A DNA stretch of 64,000 bases from an uncultured candidatus Porisulfidus sp. (lineage in GTDB: Bacteria; Pseudomonadota; Gammaproteobacteria; Poriferisulfidales; Poriferisulfidaceae). The notes under the pieces were generated by a model. The model did not search any database and was not told where the DNA came from. It saw only the letters and a program-made list of their open reading frames with translations. Below, one piece after another: positions 1 to 10,035 of this stretch. The translations under genes and the position numbers were made by a program. Within the stretch, counting starts at the first letter, position 1, and every line of letters starts with the position of its first letter. The stretch is from contig OY288106.1 in the NCBI GenBank assembly GCA_958431155.1, positions 1,197,888-1,261,887 of the forward strand, written 5' to 3'.

Positions 1-381
1 TTGCGAAAGGCCAATCTCCTCGGGCCCGATACCATCCAACGGCGACAGCCGGCCCATCAATACGAAATAGCGCCCTTGGTAATCGGTGTTGGCTTCCAAC
101 AACCGCACATCGGCCGGCCCCTCCACGATGCACAACTGATTCGAAGATCTCGACGCATCCGCACAAATCGAGCATAGTTCGTTTTCCGTGAAATTCCGGC
201 AACGCGCGCAATGCCGGATATTGTCTAACGCTTCCTTCAGCACGGAAGCCAACACCCGGCCACGTGGGCGGTTCCGCTCCAACAGGTTGAACGCCATTCG
301 CTGTGCCGTCTTCACACCGACGCCAGGCAGGCATTGCAAGGCTTCGACCAATTGATCCAGAAGACTGTCCGAGGCGGACAT
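1..381 (-). CDS. recR: Recombination protein RecR, N-terminal part; the gene runs off the window edge
   Basis: Reverse translation from the ATG at 381 gives [39 protein letters not shown]...CARCRNFTE...[23 protein letters not shown], which matches the RecR helix-hairpin-helix, C4 zinc finger and Toprim start. It lies directly downstream of dnaX. Confidence 0.85.
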   Translation of the reverse strand, partial: MSASDSLLDQLVEALQCLPGVGVKTAQRMAFNLLERNRPRGRVLASVLKEALDNIRHCARCRNFTENELCSICADASRSSNQLCIVEGPADVRLLEANTDYQGRYFVLMGRLSPLDGIGPEEIGLSQ

Positions 382-2028
382 TCAGGATTCCGTGGTGGGG
401 GATGTCATGCCGTTCATCGGGCCGATGACCTGTTGGGCACCCAATTCCTCCCGCAGGGCACGCAGTGTTGGCGATTCTTCTATTTCACGTTGCACTTGTG
501 CGGCGCGTTCTTTTCGGGCATTGGCATCTTTTTGCGCTTTGGTCTCCTGCTGTGGGACACCTAAACGGACATGCAGGGAGATTTCTCGCTTGAAATATTG
601 GCTTAGAGCCTTGCCCAGAGTTTTTTCTACCTCAGGTGAGGTTGGGTAATCCTTATCACACATCAAATGCATGGCATCCCCTTCTACGCACTCCACGGTA
701 CAGTGATCTGCAAAAACCTTGGCAGTCCCACGAACCCCAAGTTGCTCTATCAACGTGCCCCAGTCTATCCCTTCATCCCATTTGATCGGCTTTGTTGACA
801 CGGCAGGTTTGGATTCTGTCGGAAGCACATCCTGGCTTTGTGTGGAAACGTTTGTGTCCGAAGCTGCAGGCTTTGGTGCGGGTGACGCTTCTGTCTGCCA
901 ACCCGCTGGTATGAAACACAATAAACGCAGCAGGGTCATCTCCAGCCCCGTCTGTTCATCCGGTGCATACTGCAGGTCTCGCTTGCCTTGCAGCAGGATC
1001 TGGTAGCCCAACTGGAGGTCGGCCGGGCTGTAAGCCGCATTGATCGCACGCACCCAATCCTGCATTTCTTCCGGCGCATCGGCCTCCACTCCTTCCGATG
1101 CCATCGCGCAGACATGGAATACCCTGGCCAAATCGTCCAAAATGTCTTGAAATGAAGGCGACAGCTCCCGCAAGCTGGCAACCGCCTGCATCACCGCTTC
1201 AGGATCCCGGCCCGAAAGAGCCATCACCAACGCGCCGAAGTTTTCGCGCGGCAACAGGCCCAGCATCCGTCCCACTTCGTCCTGAGTCAGGCCGGCGGAA
1301 CAATAATTGATAGCCTGATCCAGCAAACTCAATCCATCCCGCATGCTGCCATCAGCTGCACGCGCCAACTGGACTACCGCTTCCGGCTCGGATTCCAGTT
1401 TTTCATGTTCGAGAATCTTCGCCAATTGATCGCAAACTTGGGATTCGGTCAAACATTTCAGATGGAACTGAAGACACCGGGACAGTACTGTGGCCGGGAG
1501 CTTTTGTGGATCGGTCGTGGCAAAGAGAAACTTGAGATGTTCGGGCGGCTCTTCCAGGGTCTTGAGCAGAGCATTGAAACTGTGCGTCGACAGCATGTGC
1601 ACTTCGTCGATCAAGTACACCTTGAAACGGCCCTGCGTGGGAACGTAGGACGAATCCGACAGCAATTCACGCATCTCCTCCACGCGAGTGCGGGACGCTG
1701 CGTCAATTTCCAGAAGATCAGGAAACTTCCCTTCATCGATGCTGAGGCAAACTCCACATTCACCGCAAGGCTTCGCGCTGACCCCCTGTTCGCAGTTCAG
1801 GCATTTGGCGACGATGCGTGCCAAGGTCGTCTTGCCGACGCCCCGAGTCCCCGTGAACAGGTACGCGTGATGTAGTCGGTTGTTTTCGAAGGCCTTGGTC
1901 AGGACCTGAAGCACATGCTGCTGGCCGACTACTTCGTCAAATGTGCGGGGCCGCCACCTTCGGGCCAGGACTTCATACGCCATGAGGGTCGATGAGGAGG
2001 ATAAAACCGGTTCCGATCCGTCTACCAC
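382..2028 (-). CDS. dnaX: DNA polymerase III subunit gamma/tau
   Basis: 548 aa. N-terminus YEVLARRWRPRTFDEVVGQQHV..AYLFTGTRGVGKTTLARIVAKCLNCE with Walker A and the CxxC zinc module, typical of DnaX. Confidence 0.95.
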   Translation of the reverse strand: MVDGSEPVLSSSSTLMAYEVLARRWRPRTFDEVVGQQHVLQVLTKAFENNRLHHAYLFTGTRGVGKTTLARIVAKCLNCEQGVSAKPCGECGVCLSIDEGKFPDLLEIDAASRTRVEEMRELLSDSSYVPTQGRFKVYLIDEVHMLSTHSFNALLKTLEEPPEHLKFLFATTDPQKLPATVLSRCLQFHLKCLTESQVCDQLAKILEHEKLESEPEAVVQLARAADGSMRDGLSLLDQAINYCSAGLTQDEVGRMLGLLPRENFGALVMALSGRDPEAVMQAVASLRELSPSFQDILDDLARVFHVCAMASEGVEADAPEEMQDWVRAINAAYSPADLQLGYQILLQGKRDLQYAPDEQTGLEMTLLRLLCFIPAGWQTEASPAPKPAASDTNVSTQSQDVLPTESKPAVSTKPIKWDEGIDWGTLIEQLGVRGTAKVFADHCTVECVEGDAMHLMCDKDYPTSPEVEKTLGKALSQYFKREISLHVRLGVPQQETKAQKDANARKERAAQVQREIEESPTLRALREELGAQQVIGPMNGMTSPTTES

Positions 2029-2089
2029 TCATTATAGTGTTCCCGTCGAATCCACGCCCAGCCAGCCCCAGCGCGTACAATCGTCCCCG

Positions 2090-3313
2090 ATGCACGGTAT
2101 TTCACGCAATCTTTCCCAGTTCGGGCAACAACTGGCGCAGGTTTTTCTGGTCGGCATGACCCTCGGCATGGTGCGCACAGTGATTCCGGCATTGGCGGAA
2201 AGCGAATTTTCTGTTGAACGCGGTTCCTATCTCCTACTTACCGTCTTCGTCGTCGCATTCGGGTTCGTCAAAGGGACCATGAATTTCGTCGCCGGGAGAA
2301 CAGCGGACCGCTTTGGCCGGAAACCTGTGCTCTTGGTCGGGTGGCTGTTTGCCCTGCCCGCCCCTTGGTTGATTCTGTATGCCACGAGCTGGAACGAAGT
2401 CGTGCTGGCGACATTGCTGCTGGGCATCAACCAAGGCCTGTGCTGGTCGGCAACCCAAGCCAGCAAGTTGGATCTAGCGCATTCCAAAGAACGTGGTTTC
2501 GCGGTCGGATTGGACGAGTTTTCCGGCTACATGGGCGTGGCGGTCGCCGGGGTTGCGACCGGCTATCTGGCAACCGGCCTGGATGCCCGCGAAGCATTGT
2601 GGGGATTCGGCTTGGCCTGCATCCTTCTGGCCATCGGGTTGCTACTCGGATTCGTGCGAGAGACCCTTCCTTGGGCTCATAGCGAGCAAAAAGCGGCGGA
2701 AATCCCGCCTGATTCGATGCCAACCACGACTTGGGAAGCATTCGCTGAAGTCTCTTGGAAGGACCGGCGCATGTTTGCGCTCAGCCAAGCGGGACTAGTC
2801 GAAAAATTCGTCGACACCTTGGTCTGGATCTTTTATCCCGTCTATTTGTACGCCCATGGATTCAGCCTTCCGGACATCGGCTGGATTGTCGGAATTTACG
2901 GGACTGTTTGGGGGGCCAGCCAGTTTCTGACCGGGCGCCTGTCCGACCGGATCGGGCGCCTGCTGCCCTGCGTGGCCGGCATGTGGTTGTGTGGAATCGG
3001 AGTCTTGGGTTCGTTGTGGAGCATGCAATTCGAGACTTGGGCAGTCAGCGCTGCCGTCACGGGATTCGGCATGGCTTTGCTGTATCCAAATCTCAGTGCC
3101 GCGATCAGTGACCTTGCCGCTCCCGCATGGCGGGGCTCTGCGATTGGAGTCTATCGTTTCTGGCGTGACTTGGGCTACGGCATCGGGGCGCTCGGGCTGG
3201 GAATCCTGGCGAGCCTGGCCGGATACTTGGAGGCCGGATTTTACGGGGTTGCCATCAGCATGTTCGCCTCTGGAGGACTGCTGGCTTGGCTCGGCCCGAG
3301 GCGATCAGGCTAG
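2090..3313 (+). CDS. MFS family transporter. Start placed at the internal Met MHGISR because the 5' part of the listed ORF overlaps the dnaX start
   Basis: Twelve hydrophobic segments and MFS signature regions (GRTADRFGRKPVLLVG, second-half repeat). The ORF track gives 1943..3313. Confidence 0.7.
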   Translation: MHGISRNLSQFGQQLAQVFLVGMTLGMVRTVIPALAESEFSVERGSYLLLTVFVVAFGFVKGTMNFVAGRTADRFGRKPVLLVGWLFALPAPWLILYATSWNEVVLATLLLGINQGLCWSATQASKLDLAHSKERGFAVGLDEFSGYMGVAVAGVATGYLATGLDAREALWGFGLACILLAIGLLLGFVRETLPWAHSEQKAAEIPPDSMPTTTWEAFAEVSWKDRRMFALSQAGLVEKFVDTLVWIFYPVYLYAHGFSLPDIGWIVGIYGTVWGASQFLTGRLSDRIGRLLPCVAGMWLCGIGVLGSLWSMQFETWAVSAAVTGFGMALLYPNLSAAISDLAAPAWRGSAIGVYRFWRDLGYGIGALGLGILASLAGYLEAGFYGVAISMFASGGLLAWLGPRRSG

Positions 3314-3338
3314 TGCCTAAAGACTGCGATTTTTTGTA

Positions 3339-4787
3339 TCAGAACAACTTCTGAAAACCTAGGCGAAGGGTGAAATTGTCCCGGTCGTAAAGATCGATGT
3401 TGGATTTCGTCTCGGTCATGCCGAGTGTGACTTCCGGCAAATAACCATTCCAGGAAATAGCGCGGTTGGAAACGGTGACATGAAGGTTCCGATGCTGATC
3501 CTTGCGCCGCCTCTGGAAAATCGGATCAGACCCCTTGTACCGGTTCTCCGACAGGGTGGCCACTGCCGACACATGCCAGTTCAGGCCGAACACAGTCTCA
3601 TAACCAAGCATTCCTTGGTGCGACTTCCAGCGTTGCGTGGGCTGATCGGGGTGTTCCGTAGAAACCGTCCACCCTGCGGTGACCCGTGCATTCTGGAAGA
3701 CACGCTCCGCATACAGATTGAGTGCCTGTCCTTTCGGTTCCAGTTGGCTCGCAGCTTCACTGTAACGGGTGTCCCAGTAACGGACATAACCGCCGACAGA
3801 CCACTGTCCAGGCAGGTACTGCCGGACCGAAAGCCGGACCCAGGCGCTGCCGGAATAAGGATCTCCCCCCTGCCAGCGTTTCTCATAGCCGACATCCGCA
3901 CTGACCAGACCCGGCAACTTGTGGCCCGCGAAATCCATCAGGTAATGCAACTGCGGCCCAGTTGAGAGATTGAGCCAAGTGCGATTATGAGCCTGGGCAC
4001 TGCGGGCCGTGTTGCGCGCGAGCCCGGCTCTGGTATGCAAACGCAGACTTCCGTCTTCCCGCAGAGGCGTGCGGTGGAGCAGGTGGACTCCCGTACGAAC
4101 CACCCAAGCCTCGACCGGTTTTTCATTCACCGTGAATCTCAGCCCGCCGAACAGGGGAATCTCCACTTCGTCCACTTCAGTCGCGTTGTTGACATTGTCA
4201 TCCTTCCAAACGCTGAAGTCATAATCGATCAACAGGCTTTTCCGCCGGTGGATGCGTTCCAGGAATTTCTCGACGTTGAGTTTTACCGGTTCCGGCAGAT
4301 TTTTCTTTTCGCGGATTTCCCGAAATATCTCATCGGCCTCCTCGTCCCGCCCCATCGAGTACAGCATGGCCGCATAATCCAGCTGGAGTCGGTCCACCTG
4401 TGGATATTCCTTCGCGAGTCGCCCCAATATCCGCGTTGCCATCTCTCGATTCCCAAGCCCCATATAGGCTTGCGCGGCCAAAAACAATATATCGGCCGTA
4501 GTCCGCCCACCCAGCATTTTGGTCGCCTGTTCCAGCAGCTTCAGGGTTTGGTCTGGCCTACCCTGCTGAAGTTGCCGGCCAGCTTCCATGACGAGTTCTC
4601 GATACCGTTCTTCCGATTCACTCTGCTTTTCCGCCTGTGCAGGCGTGGAATCCGCATCAGCCAACTTCACGGAACCGGACACATCGGATTCATCGGCCCA
4701 CCCGATGCCGCAACCTAAACATAAAAGCACTCCCAGACTCATCGCGGGAACGGCTGTAGCAGCCTCTCGGCGATTTGAGGGATTCAT
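3339..4787 (-). CDS. Outer-membrane protein with an N-terminal TPR region and a C-terminal beta-barrel; possibly a Slam/DUF560-like protein. Start uncertain, could be 4841
   Basis: Signal-peptide-like segment (MSLGVLLCLGCGIGWA). TPR-like helical region at roughly residues 60-200. The remainder is rich in alternating aromatic and polar beta-strands and ends in ...LRLGFQKLF, a C-terminal Phe typical of outer-membrane barrels. About 480-500 aa, the size of Slam-type proteins. Confidence 0.5.
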   Translation of the reverse strand: MNPSNRREAATAVPAMSLGVLLCLGCGIGWADESDVSGSVKLADADSTPAQAEKQSESEERYRELVMEAGRQLQQGRPDQTLKLLEQATKMLGGRTTADILFLAAQAYMGLGNREMATRILGRLAKEYPQVDRLQLDYAAMLYSMGRDEEADEIFREIREKKNLPEPVKLNVEKFLERIHRRKSLLIDYDFSVWKDDNVNNATEVDEVEIPLFGGLRFTVNEKPVEAWVVRTGVHLLHRTPLREDGSLRLHTRAGLARNTARSAQAHNRTWLNLSTGPQLHYLMDFAGHKLPGLVSADVGYEKRWQGGDPYSGSAWVRLSVRQYLPGQWSVGGYVRYWDTRYSEAASQLEPKGQALNLYAERVFQNARVTAGWTVSTEHPDQPTQRWKSHQGMLGYETVFGLNWHVSAVATLSENRYKGSDPIFQRRRKDQHRNLHVTVSNRAISWNGYLPEVTLGMTETKSNIDLYDRDNFTLRLGFQKLF

Positions 4788-4858
4788 GAGAATTGATTGG
4801 ACCCGAGGCATTGGATGCAGGAGCCTGGAGTCGTTGGGCATCTGCCCCAGATCTATTT

Positions 4859-6238
4859 TCAGCTCAAAACCTGCAGCATTTCTTCACGACGAGTGAATTT
4901 TTCCCTCGGCTTGCCCTTGGGTTCGCCTCGGCTGACCTCCTCCGCGTCAATCCGCTGCCACTCCGTAAAGTCGATACTGCGCACACCGCGCTCCTGCAAT
5001 ACTTTAACCAGCGCATCCGTCCCCGAGTGGTCTGAAGGAAGATTGGACAGGTCGCCCTTCAGCGACTCGACCGTCTGTACCGCACAGGCACGGTTGGTTC
5101 CAATGATTCCGGAGGGTCCGCGTTTGATCCAGCCTGCCGTATAGATGCCCGGCACCACCGCTCCGTCCGGACCATCGGTAATCCGGCCATCCTGATTCGG
5201 GAATACGCCCCAAGAATCATGGAACGGCACACCTTCGATCGGCACGCCCCGATAGCCAATAGAGCGAAACAGCAAGCCGCATTCCATGACTTCGGTCTCG
5301 CCGGTACCAGAGGCTCGCTGCGAAAACGGCTCGCCAGACAATTCATTGCGCTCCAACACCACCCGCTCGATCCGGTCGTCTCCCTCAATGCGAACCGGGC
5401 TTCGACAGAACATCATGCGGCAAATTCGAGATTTGCCATGCTCCGTATCCTCCGCCATCTTCTCGAAAACCGCCATATTCTTGGCGACCACCACACCTTC
5501 TTTCTTATCGGCAAGCTCGGCCTGGCTGGCTTCATTGAGCGCAAGTTCCTCGGGAGCGATCACTGCCTGGCAGTTTTCCAACTCCAGAAACTCGCGTAAT
5601 TCCTTGGTGGTGAACTTTGCCTGCGCCGGTCCTCGGCGTCCGATTACCGCAATCGTTTTGATCCGGCTTTCTGCCAGCGCATCCAAGGCATGCTGGCTAA
5701 TATCAGTGTGCTTGAGTTCGTCTACCGATTTGGACAGAATCCGGGCAACGTCAGCCGCCACGTTCCCTTGCCCAATAATCGCGGCGGTTTCATGTGAGAA
5801 ATCGAACTCGCGGTCGCGATAGTCCGGATGCCCGTTGTACCAGCCGACAAACTCTGTCGCGGTGTGGCTACCGGCAAGATCCTCACCGTCAATGCCCAGG
5901 CGGCGATCAGTCTCAGCACCACACGTGTAGATTACGGCGTGATAGGCCTCGCGCAGTTCCCGCGGGGTAACATCCCTCCCGACTGTCACATTGCCGAAGA
6001 AGCGAAAACCTTCAAGCGCGGCAACTTTCTTGTAGACCTCGATCGACTGCTTGAGTTTGGGATGGTCCGGCGCGACACCACTGCGCACCAAGCCGTAAGG
6101 TGAAGGCAGGCGCTCGATTAGATCGACCCGGACATCGATCTCGGATTTCAGCAGTGCTTCGGTAGCATAGAACCCACTCGGTCCGGCACCGACTACCGCG
6201 ACCCGCAAGGGCGCGGCTTCTGTCCCCAGTTGGCTCAC
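4859..6238 (-). CDS. FAD/NAD(P)-binding oxidoreductase, FprA/adrenodoxin-reductase-like NADPH:ferredoxin reductase
   Basis: N-terminal dinucleotide fold VAVVGAGPSGFYATEAL and a second GxGxxA motif (AAIIGQGNVAADVARIL). About 459 aa. Immediately upstream of a 7Fe ferredoxin gene. Confidence 0.7.
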   Translation of the reverse strand: MSQLGTEAAPLRVAVVGAGPSGFYATEALLKSEIDVRVDLIERLPSPYGLVRSGVAPDHPKLKQSIEVYKKVAALEGFRFFGNVTVGRDVTPRELREAYHAVIYTCGAETDRRLGIDGEDLAGSHTATEFVGWYNGHPDYRDREFDFSHETAAIIGQGNVAADVARILSKSVDELKHTDISQHALDALAESRIKTIAVIGRRGPAQAKFTTKELREFLELENCQAVIAPEELALNEASQAELADKKEGVVVAKNMAVFEKMAEDTEHGKSRICRMMFCRSPVRIEGDDRIERVVLERNELSGEPFSQRASGTGETEVMECGLLFRSIGYRGVPIEGVPFHDSWGVFPNQDGRITDGPDGAVVPGIYTAGWIKRGPSGIIGTNRACAVQTVESLKGDLSNLPSDHSGTDALVKVLQERGVRSIDFTEWQRIDAEEVSRGEPKGKPREKFTRREEMLQVLS

Positions 6239-6242
6239 GGAA

Positions 6243-6548
6243 TCAGAATCCTAGTGCGGTTTTCCGGTCATCCGCTCCCGGCAACGGATCCATTTTGTCC
6301 TCAAGTACCGGAAGGTCGGGAGCTCGCTCAGCGTTGATTTCGATCCACTCCTGCTTGTCTTCTGGCAGGTCGTCTTCTTCGTAAATAGCCTGAACCGGAC
6401 ATTCCGGGATACAGGCACTGCAATCAATACAAACATCCGGATCGATGTACAGCATCTCGTCGTCATAGTGGAAACAGGCGACAGGACAAACAGTTACACA
6501 ATCCGTATAACGGCAACCCTTACAGTTATCGGTTACGATCGTGGTCAT
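6243..6548 (-). CDS. fdxA: 7Fe ferredoxin, Azotobacter FdxA type
   Basis: MTTIVTDNCKGCRYTDCVTVCPVACF...DPDVCIDCSACIPECPVQAI matches the FdxA [3Fe-4S][4Fe-4S] cysteine pattern; about 100 aa. Confidence 0.85.
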   Translation of the reverse strand: MTTIVTDNCKGCRYTDCVTVCPVACFHYDDEMLYIDPDVCIDCSACIPECPVQAIYEEDDLPEDKQEWIEINAERAPDLPVLEDKMDPLPGADDRKTALGF

Positions 6549-6618
6549 TCAAGACTCCTAAATGAGTAAAGTATGCGCGCTCGCCATTGGCGAACGCGGG
6601 GTTAAATTATAGACGAGG

Positions 6619-7431
6619 CTACCGCGAATCGAACACAAGAATTTCACCGCGATTCTCCTCCACGCTATCCCCGCAGTAACGTCGATAGCGTCCTCCCATG
6701 TAGACATCATCGACTTCGAAGCCACTCTGCCCAAGGTGACATAGGTAAAACCTGAGAAATGTAGGTCGCAACCAGCAGGAATAAGAGAAGGTCGGGAGCA
6801 ACTCCACCGGCTGAAACGAGACGATCGTTCCGCGCACCATCCCGGCACCTGGGCGGACACCCATTTCATCCATCACAATGATGGTGCCAGCGCGCATGTT
6901 GACTCCGACGAAATCACCCGCCTGACCGCCGACCGCGATCAGACCGTGGCGCATGGCCGAACCCAATTCGTTCTTGACATTGCCGTGAATCAGGATCTCT
7001 CCGCCCATGATTCCCACGCGCTGTCCCCGATAGGCACTGCCCACCATGTGTCCGGCATTGCCCATCACTTCGATTCGTCCGCCACTCATCTCCGGCCCCA
7101 CCCAGTCCGAAGCATCTCCGGAGACACGGATCATTCCACCAGACATCCCGGCGCCGAGGTGCATGCCGGCGGACCCGTTTACGCGGACTTCGCCTTCCGT
7201 CATTCCAGCCCCGATGTACTTGACTCGCGACAAGTCCCCTTCCAAGCGGAGCGAACACTGGCCGTTTCCGGTCACCCGGAAGAAGTCTCCAACCCGCACT
7301 TTGCGGTTGCCGTGCATCATCTCGAGATGCTCAATCCCCGATTGCGACAAGCCCTTGATTTTTGCGGGACTCAGGCACTCTGCCTCGATCGGCACCTCCG
7401 GTGCGGTGACCAGTTCCAGTTCGGTATGCAT
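6619..7431 (-). CDS. fhcC: Formyltransferase/hydrolase complex subunit C (FwdC/FmdC homolog)
   Basis: Repeated G-x-G-M glycine-rich beta-helix motifs (GAGMTEGEVRVNGSAGMHLGAGMSGGMIRVSGDA...) typical of FwdC/GXGXG proteins. Last gene of a co-directional fhc cluster. Confidence 0.8.
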   Translation of the reverse strand: MHTELELVTAPEVPIEAECLSPAKIKGLSQSGIEHLEMMHGNRKVRVGDFFRVTGNGQCSLRLEGDLSRVKYIGAGMTEGEVRVNGSAGMHLGAGMSGGMIRVSGDASDWVGPEMSGGRIEVMGNAGHMVGSAYRGQRVGIMGGEILIHGNVKNELGSAMRHGLIAVGGQAGDFVGVNMRAGTIIVMDEMGVRPGAGMVRGTIVSFQPVELLPTFSYSCWLRPTFLRFYLCHLGQSGFEVDDVYMGGRYRRYCGDSVEENRGEILVFDSR

Positions 7432-7433
7432 GA

Positions 7434-8327
7434 TCAGCCGCTCTCCAGCAATTCGTAGAGATGGAACTTGTACTGGCCAAGCGTCCCCCCGTAGTTGCCC
7501 GCACTCACATAGTCCACGCCGCGGTCCGCTGCAGCCTGGATACCCCGGCGCATGGCTTCACGCAATGCATTTTCGGTGAGACCGTTGACGACGACTTCGT
7601 ACACCGCCGTAATGCCTTCCGGCAACTGCGAGTTCTCCACGCGACCCCGCAGAGTCGGACAGTAGGCCTCGTTGGTAGAAGCAATCATGCCCTTGTAGCG
7701 GGAACCGACCTTACTGCCGGAGCCGACCACGCCCTGCGGGAACGGCAGGAACACACCGGCTACATCGCGCATCGCCTCCGCCGCGCCGGATGCAGCACGT
7801 AATGCGGTTTGTCCGCTTTTGCCCAGCATCAGCAGGTTGCCCCCTCCGATAGCAGGCTGAACCCCGAATACGTCATCCACCAGAAACTCTCCGCCCATGA
7901 TCGGGATTCTCCAGAACTTCCGGCCTCCCACCACTTTGGCAATTTGGTGGCCATCGCCAAAGAATCGCAACCGCTGCCCGACCGGCACGGTGGTCTCTCC
8001 TTCCAACCCGTTATAGCAAGCGGTAGTCGGGCAAGTCATCACACATTGACCGATGCGCTCGACCAAACGGGCACTCATGTCTTTCTCGCTCATCGCGAAC
8101 AACAGCACGCTGATTCCCGGACGCAAATCAGGCGTATCGGTCTCGGGGATTTCGCATTCCACTGCCGCCTCGCATTTGCACCGGATCACGGAGGTGGCAA
8201 AACCGGTAATGGATTGAGCGGCGGCACGCGCCCAGTTCTTGGTATCCGCGGTAATGATGACGCGCGCACCCCACATGCCGAAAGCTTCGGCAAACGTGTC
8301 AATCACTTCAGTCTTGCCGATTCTCAT
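7434..8327 (-). CDS. fhcD: Formylmethanofuran:tetrahydromethanopterin formyltransferase (Ftr/FhcD)
   Basis: 297 aa. MRIGKTEVIDTFAEAFGMWGARVIITA... matches the Ftr family. Adjacent to fhcA and fhcC. Confidence 0.8.
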   Translation of the reverse strand: MRIGKTEVIDTFAEAFGMWGARVIITADTKNWARAAAQSITGFATSVIRCKCEAAVECEIPETDTPDLRPGISVLLFAMSEKDMSARLVERIGQCVMTCPTTACYNGLEGETTVPVGQRLRFFGDGHQIAKVVGGRKFWRIPIMGGEFLVDDVFGVQPAIGGGNLLMLGKSGQTALRAASGAAEAMRDVAGVFLPFPQGVVGSGSKVGSRYKGMIASTNEAYCPTLRGRVENSQLPEGITAVYEVVVNGLTENALREAMRRGIQAAADRGVDYVSAGNYGGTLGQYKFHLYELLESG

Positions 8328-10000
8328 TTGCTTCCTTTCTTCCGTTTGCCGCCGGAATTGCGCAGCGGTATCACCTCATGATCGTGCAGATAGGAGGCAT
8401 CCACCCGGTAGTTGTTGAACCGGATTGAGTAGTAGTCTTCGAAGAACGGGCGGATTTGATCTTCAATCGCCGGGTCGTGTTCGGGCTCCGTGTGCAGGAA
8501 CCGCCCGATATGGTCGTCGACGAATTCGTGATCCTCGATGATCGGCTTGCCCGCCTTGATGACATAGCGCGGCGCGTTGAACATATGTTCTCGGTTTTCG
8601 TCATCGGTATAGACCGTGATGTCCGCATCCGCCCCTACACCCAAGTGCCCCTTGTTCACCAAACCCAGTGCCCGAGCGGGAGCCGCACGGGTGATGATGG
8701 CGATTTCCGACAGGCTGTACTCTCGGTCCAGTTGCGGCAGCAGACAAGTGCTGATCGCCTTCTGGTTGACGTGCTTCATCATTTCAGCCCGAAAGCCCCG
8801 GTCCATCAGCAGGCGAATCAATCGGGGGTAGGTCTGGAAGGAAGCGCCGTTCGGGTGATCGGTCGAAAACATCACGCGCCAAGGATCTTTCGAAAGCAGG
8901 AACAGCTCCAGCCCGATCGCCCACTGCATGGTGTGCGTATAGTTCGTGTCCTGATAGGTAAACGGCATGACCCCGCAACCGCTTTCGCACTCGGTATCCG
9001 CATTGACCCACTTGGTGTCCTTGAAGCGCAGCATCCAGGTCAATGGTGCATCCGCAGTCATGGCAGTGGCCTTGCCGAACATCACCATGCCGACATCGGT
9101 GGTGATGTTCTCGTGGGTGTTGATGTAGTCGATGATGGCTTCCGACCCGGTTTGGACGCGTTTTCCAAGCTCGCCCGCATAGCTGTGGAACTGGACATGC
9201 GCGATGTGTGCCCGATGCCCCTCGGCCGCTTTCATCGTGTCCAGTGTGGTCTGGACATTGCCGCTGTGCCCCAGGTTGTTGCAGTGAATGTGCGCCGGGT
9301 GCGGCAGGTTGAGTTCGTCCACCGCCTCGATGAAGGCGGCGGTCGCCTGCAGCGGTGACAGATCAAACGGGTCGATGTCCTCGTTGACGTCGGTGACATT
9401 TTCATTGCGCCGGCCCTTCCAGAATTCATCGCTGCCGGCATTGACCAACTTGACGCCAGCCGCCCGCGCCGCCGTAACCCACCAGGCAATGGCCTCCTTG
9501 AAGTCCTGCTTGCGGCCCTGCTTGAGCAGGTCATACAAAAACATGTTGTTGCCAAGCAGCACATAGAAGCCCTTGTCGATCACCGGCGTGTCGTGGAACT
9601 CCTCGATCACGTGGCGCGCCGCCAAGGGCGGGACTGCCGCATCAAATGCCGTGGTGTAGCCGAGCGTGGCATAACGGTAGCCCGTGGCGAACGTTGAGGG
9701 CGTGACTCCACCGACCCCGGAACGGGTGACGTCAGTGCCGGGATGAACATCCAGGCGGTGGTCCTCGGGCTGCAGCTTGCGCGAGAGGTTGACCTTCGGT
9801 CCGGCAATGTGGCAGTGGATGTCGACCCCGCCCGGCATCACCACCATGCCATGGGCGTTGATGGTTCGTGCCTTCTCGGAAACCTTGTCCACGACGCGCC
9901 CGTCGCGCACCAGAATATCGCGGACTTCGCCATCAATGCCGTTGGCTGGATCGTAGACTTTTCCGCCCTTGATGCGCAGTTCCGCGCTGTTCTCAGCCAT
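8324..10000 (-). CDS. fhcA: Formyltransferase/hydrolase complex subunit A (FwdA-like amidohydrolase)
   Basis: 558 aa. Amidohydrolase metal-binding start (MPGGVDIHCHIAGP) and an FwdA-like layout. Sits between fhcB and fhcD. Confidence 0.8.
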   Translation of the reverse strand: MAENSAELRIKGGKVYDPANGIDGEVRDILVRDGRVVDKVSEKARTINAHGMVVMPGGVDIHCHIAGPKVNLSRKLQPEDHRLDVHPGTDVTRSGVGGVTPSTFATGYRYATLGYTTAFDAAVPPLAARHVIEEFHDTPVIDKGFYVLLGNNMFLYDLLKQGRKQDFKEAIAWWVTAARAAGVKLVNAGSDEFWKGRRNENVTDVNEDIDPFDLSPLQATAAFIEAVDELNLPHPAHIHCNNLGHSGNVQTTLDTMKAAEGHRAHIAHVQFHSYAGELGKRVQTGSEAIIDYINTHENITTDVGMVMFGKATAMTADAPLTWMLRFKDTKWVNADTECESGCGVMPFTYQDTNYTHTMQWAIGLELFLLSKDPWRVMFSTDHPNGASFQTYPRLIRLLMDRGFRAEMMKHVNQKAISTCLLPQLDREYSLSEIAIITRAAPARALGLVNKGHLGVGADADITVYTDDENREHMFNAPRYVIKAGKPIIEDHEFVDDHIGRFLHTEPEHDPAIEDQIRPFFEDYYSIRFNNYRVDASYLHDHEVIPLRNSGGKRKKGSK

Positions 10001-10035
10001 GCTGGCCGCCTCCTGCCCTAACCTGATGGTGGGAG

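Noticed and set aside
334-649. Plus-strand ORFs 334..564 and 392..649
   Set aside because: They lie inside the dnaX and recR coding regions on the opposite strand, with no supporting motif.
1405-1875. 156-aa plus-strand ORF inside dnaX
   Set aside because: It is antisense to a highly conserved gene and so treated as a chance open frame.
1943-2089. N-terminal 49-aa extension of the MFS transporter ORF
   Set aside because: It overlaps the divergent dnaX start region, so the start was moved to the internal Met at 2090.
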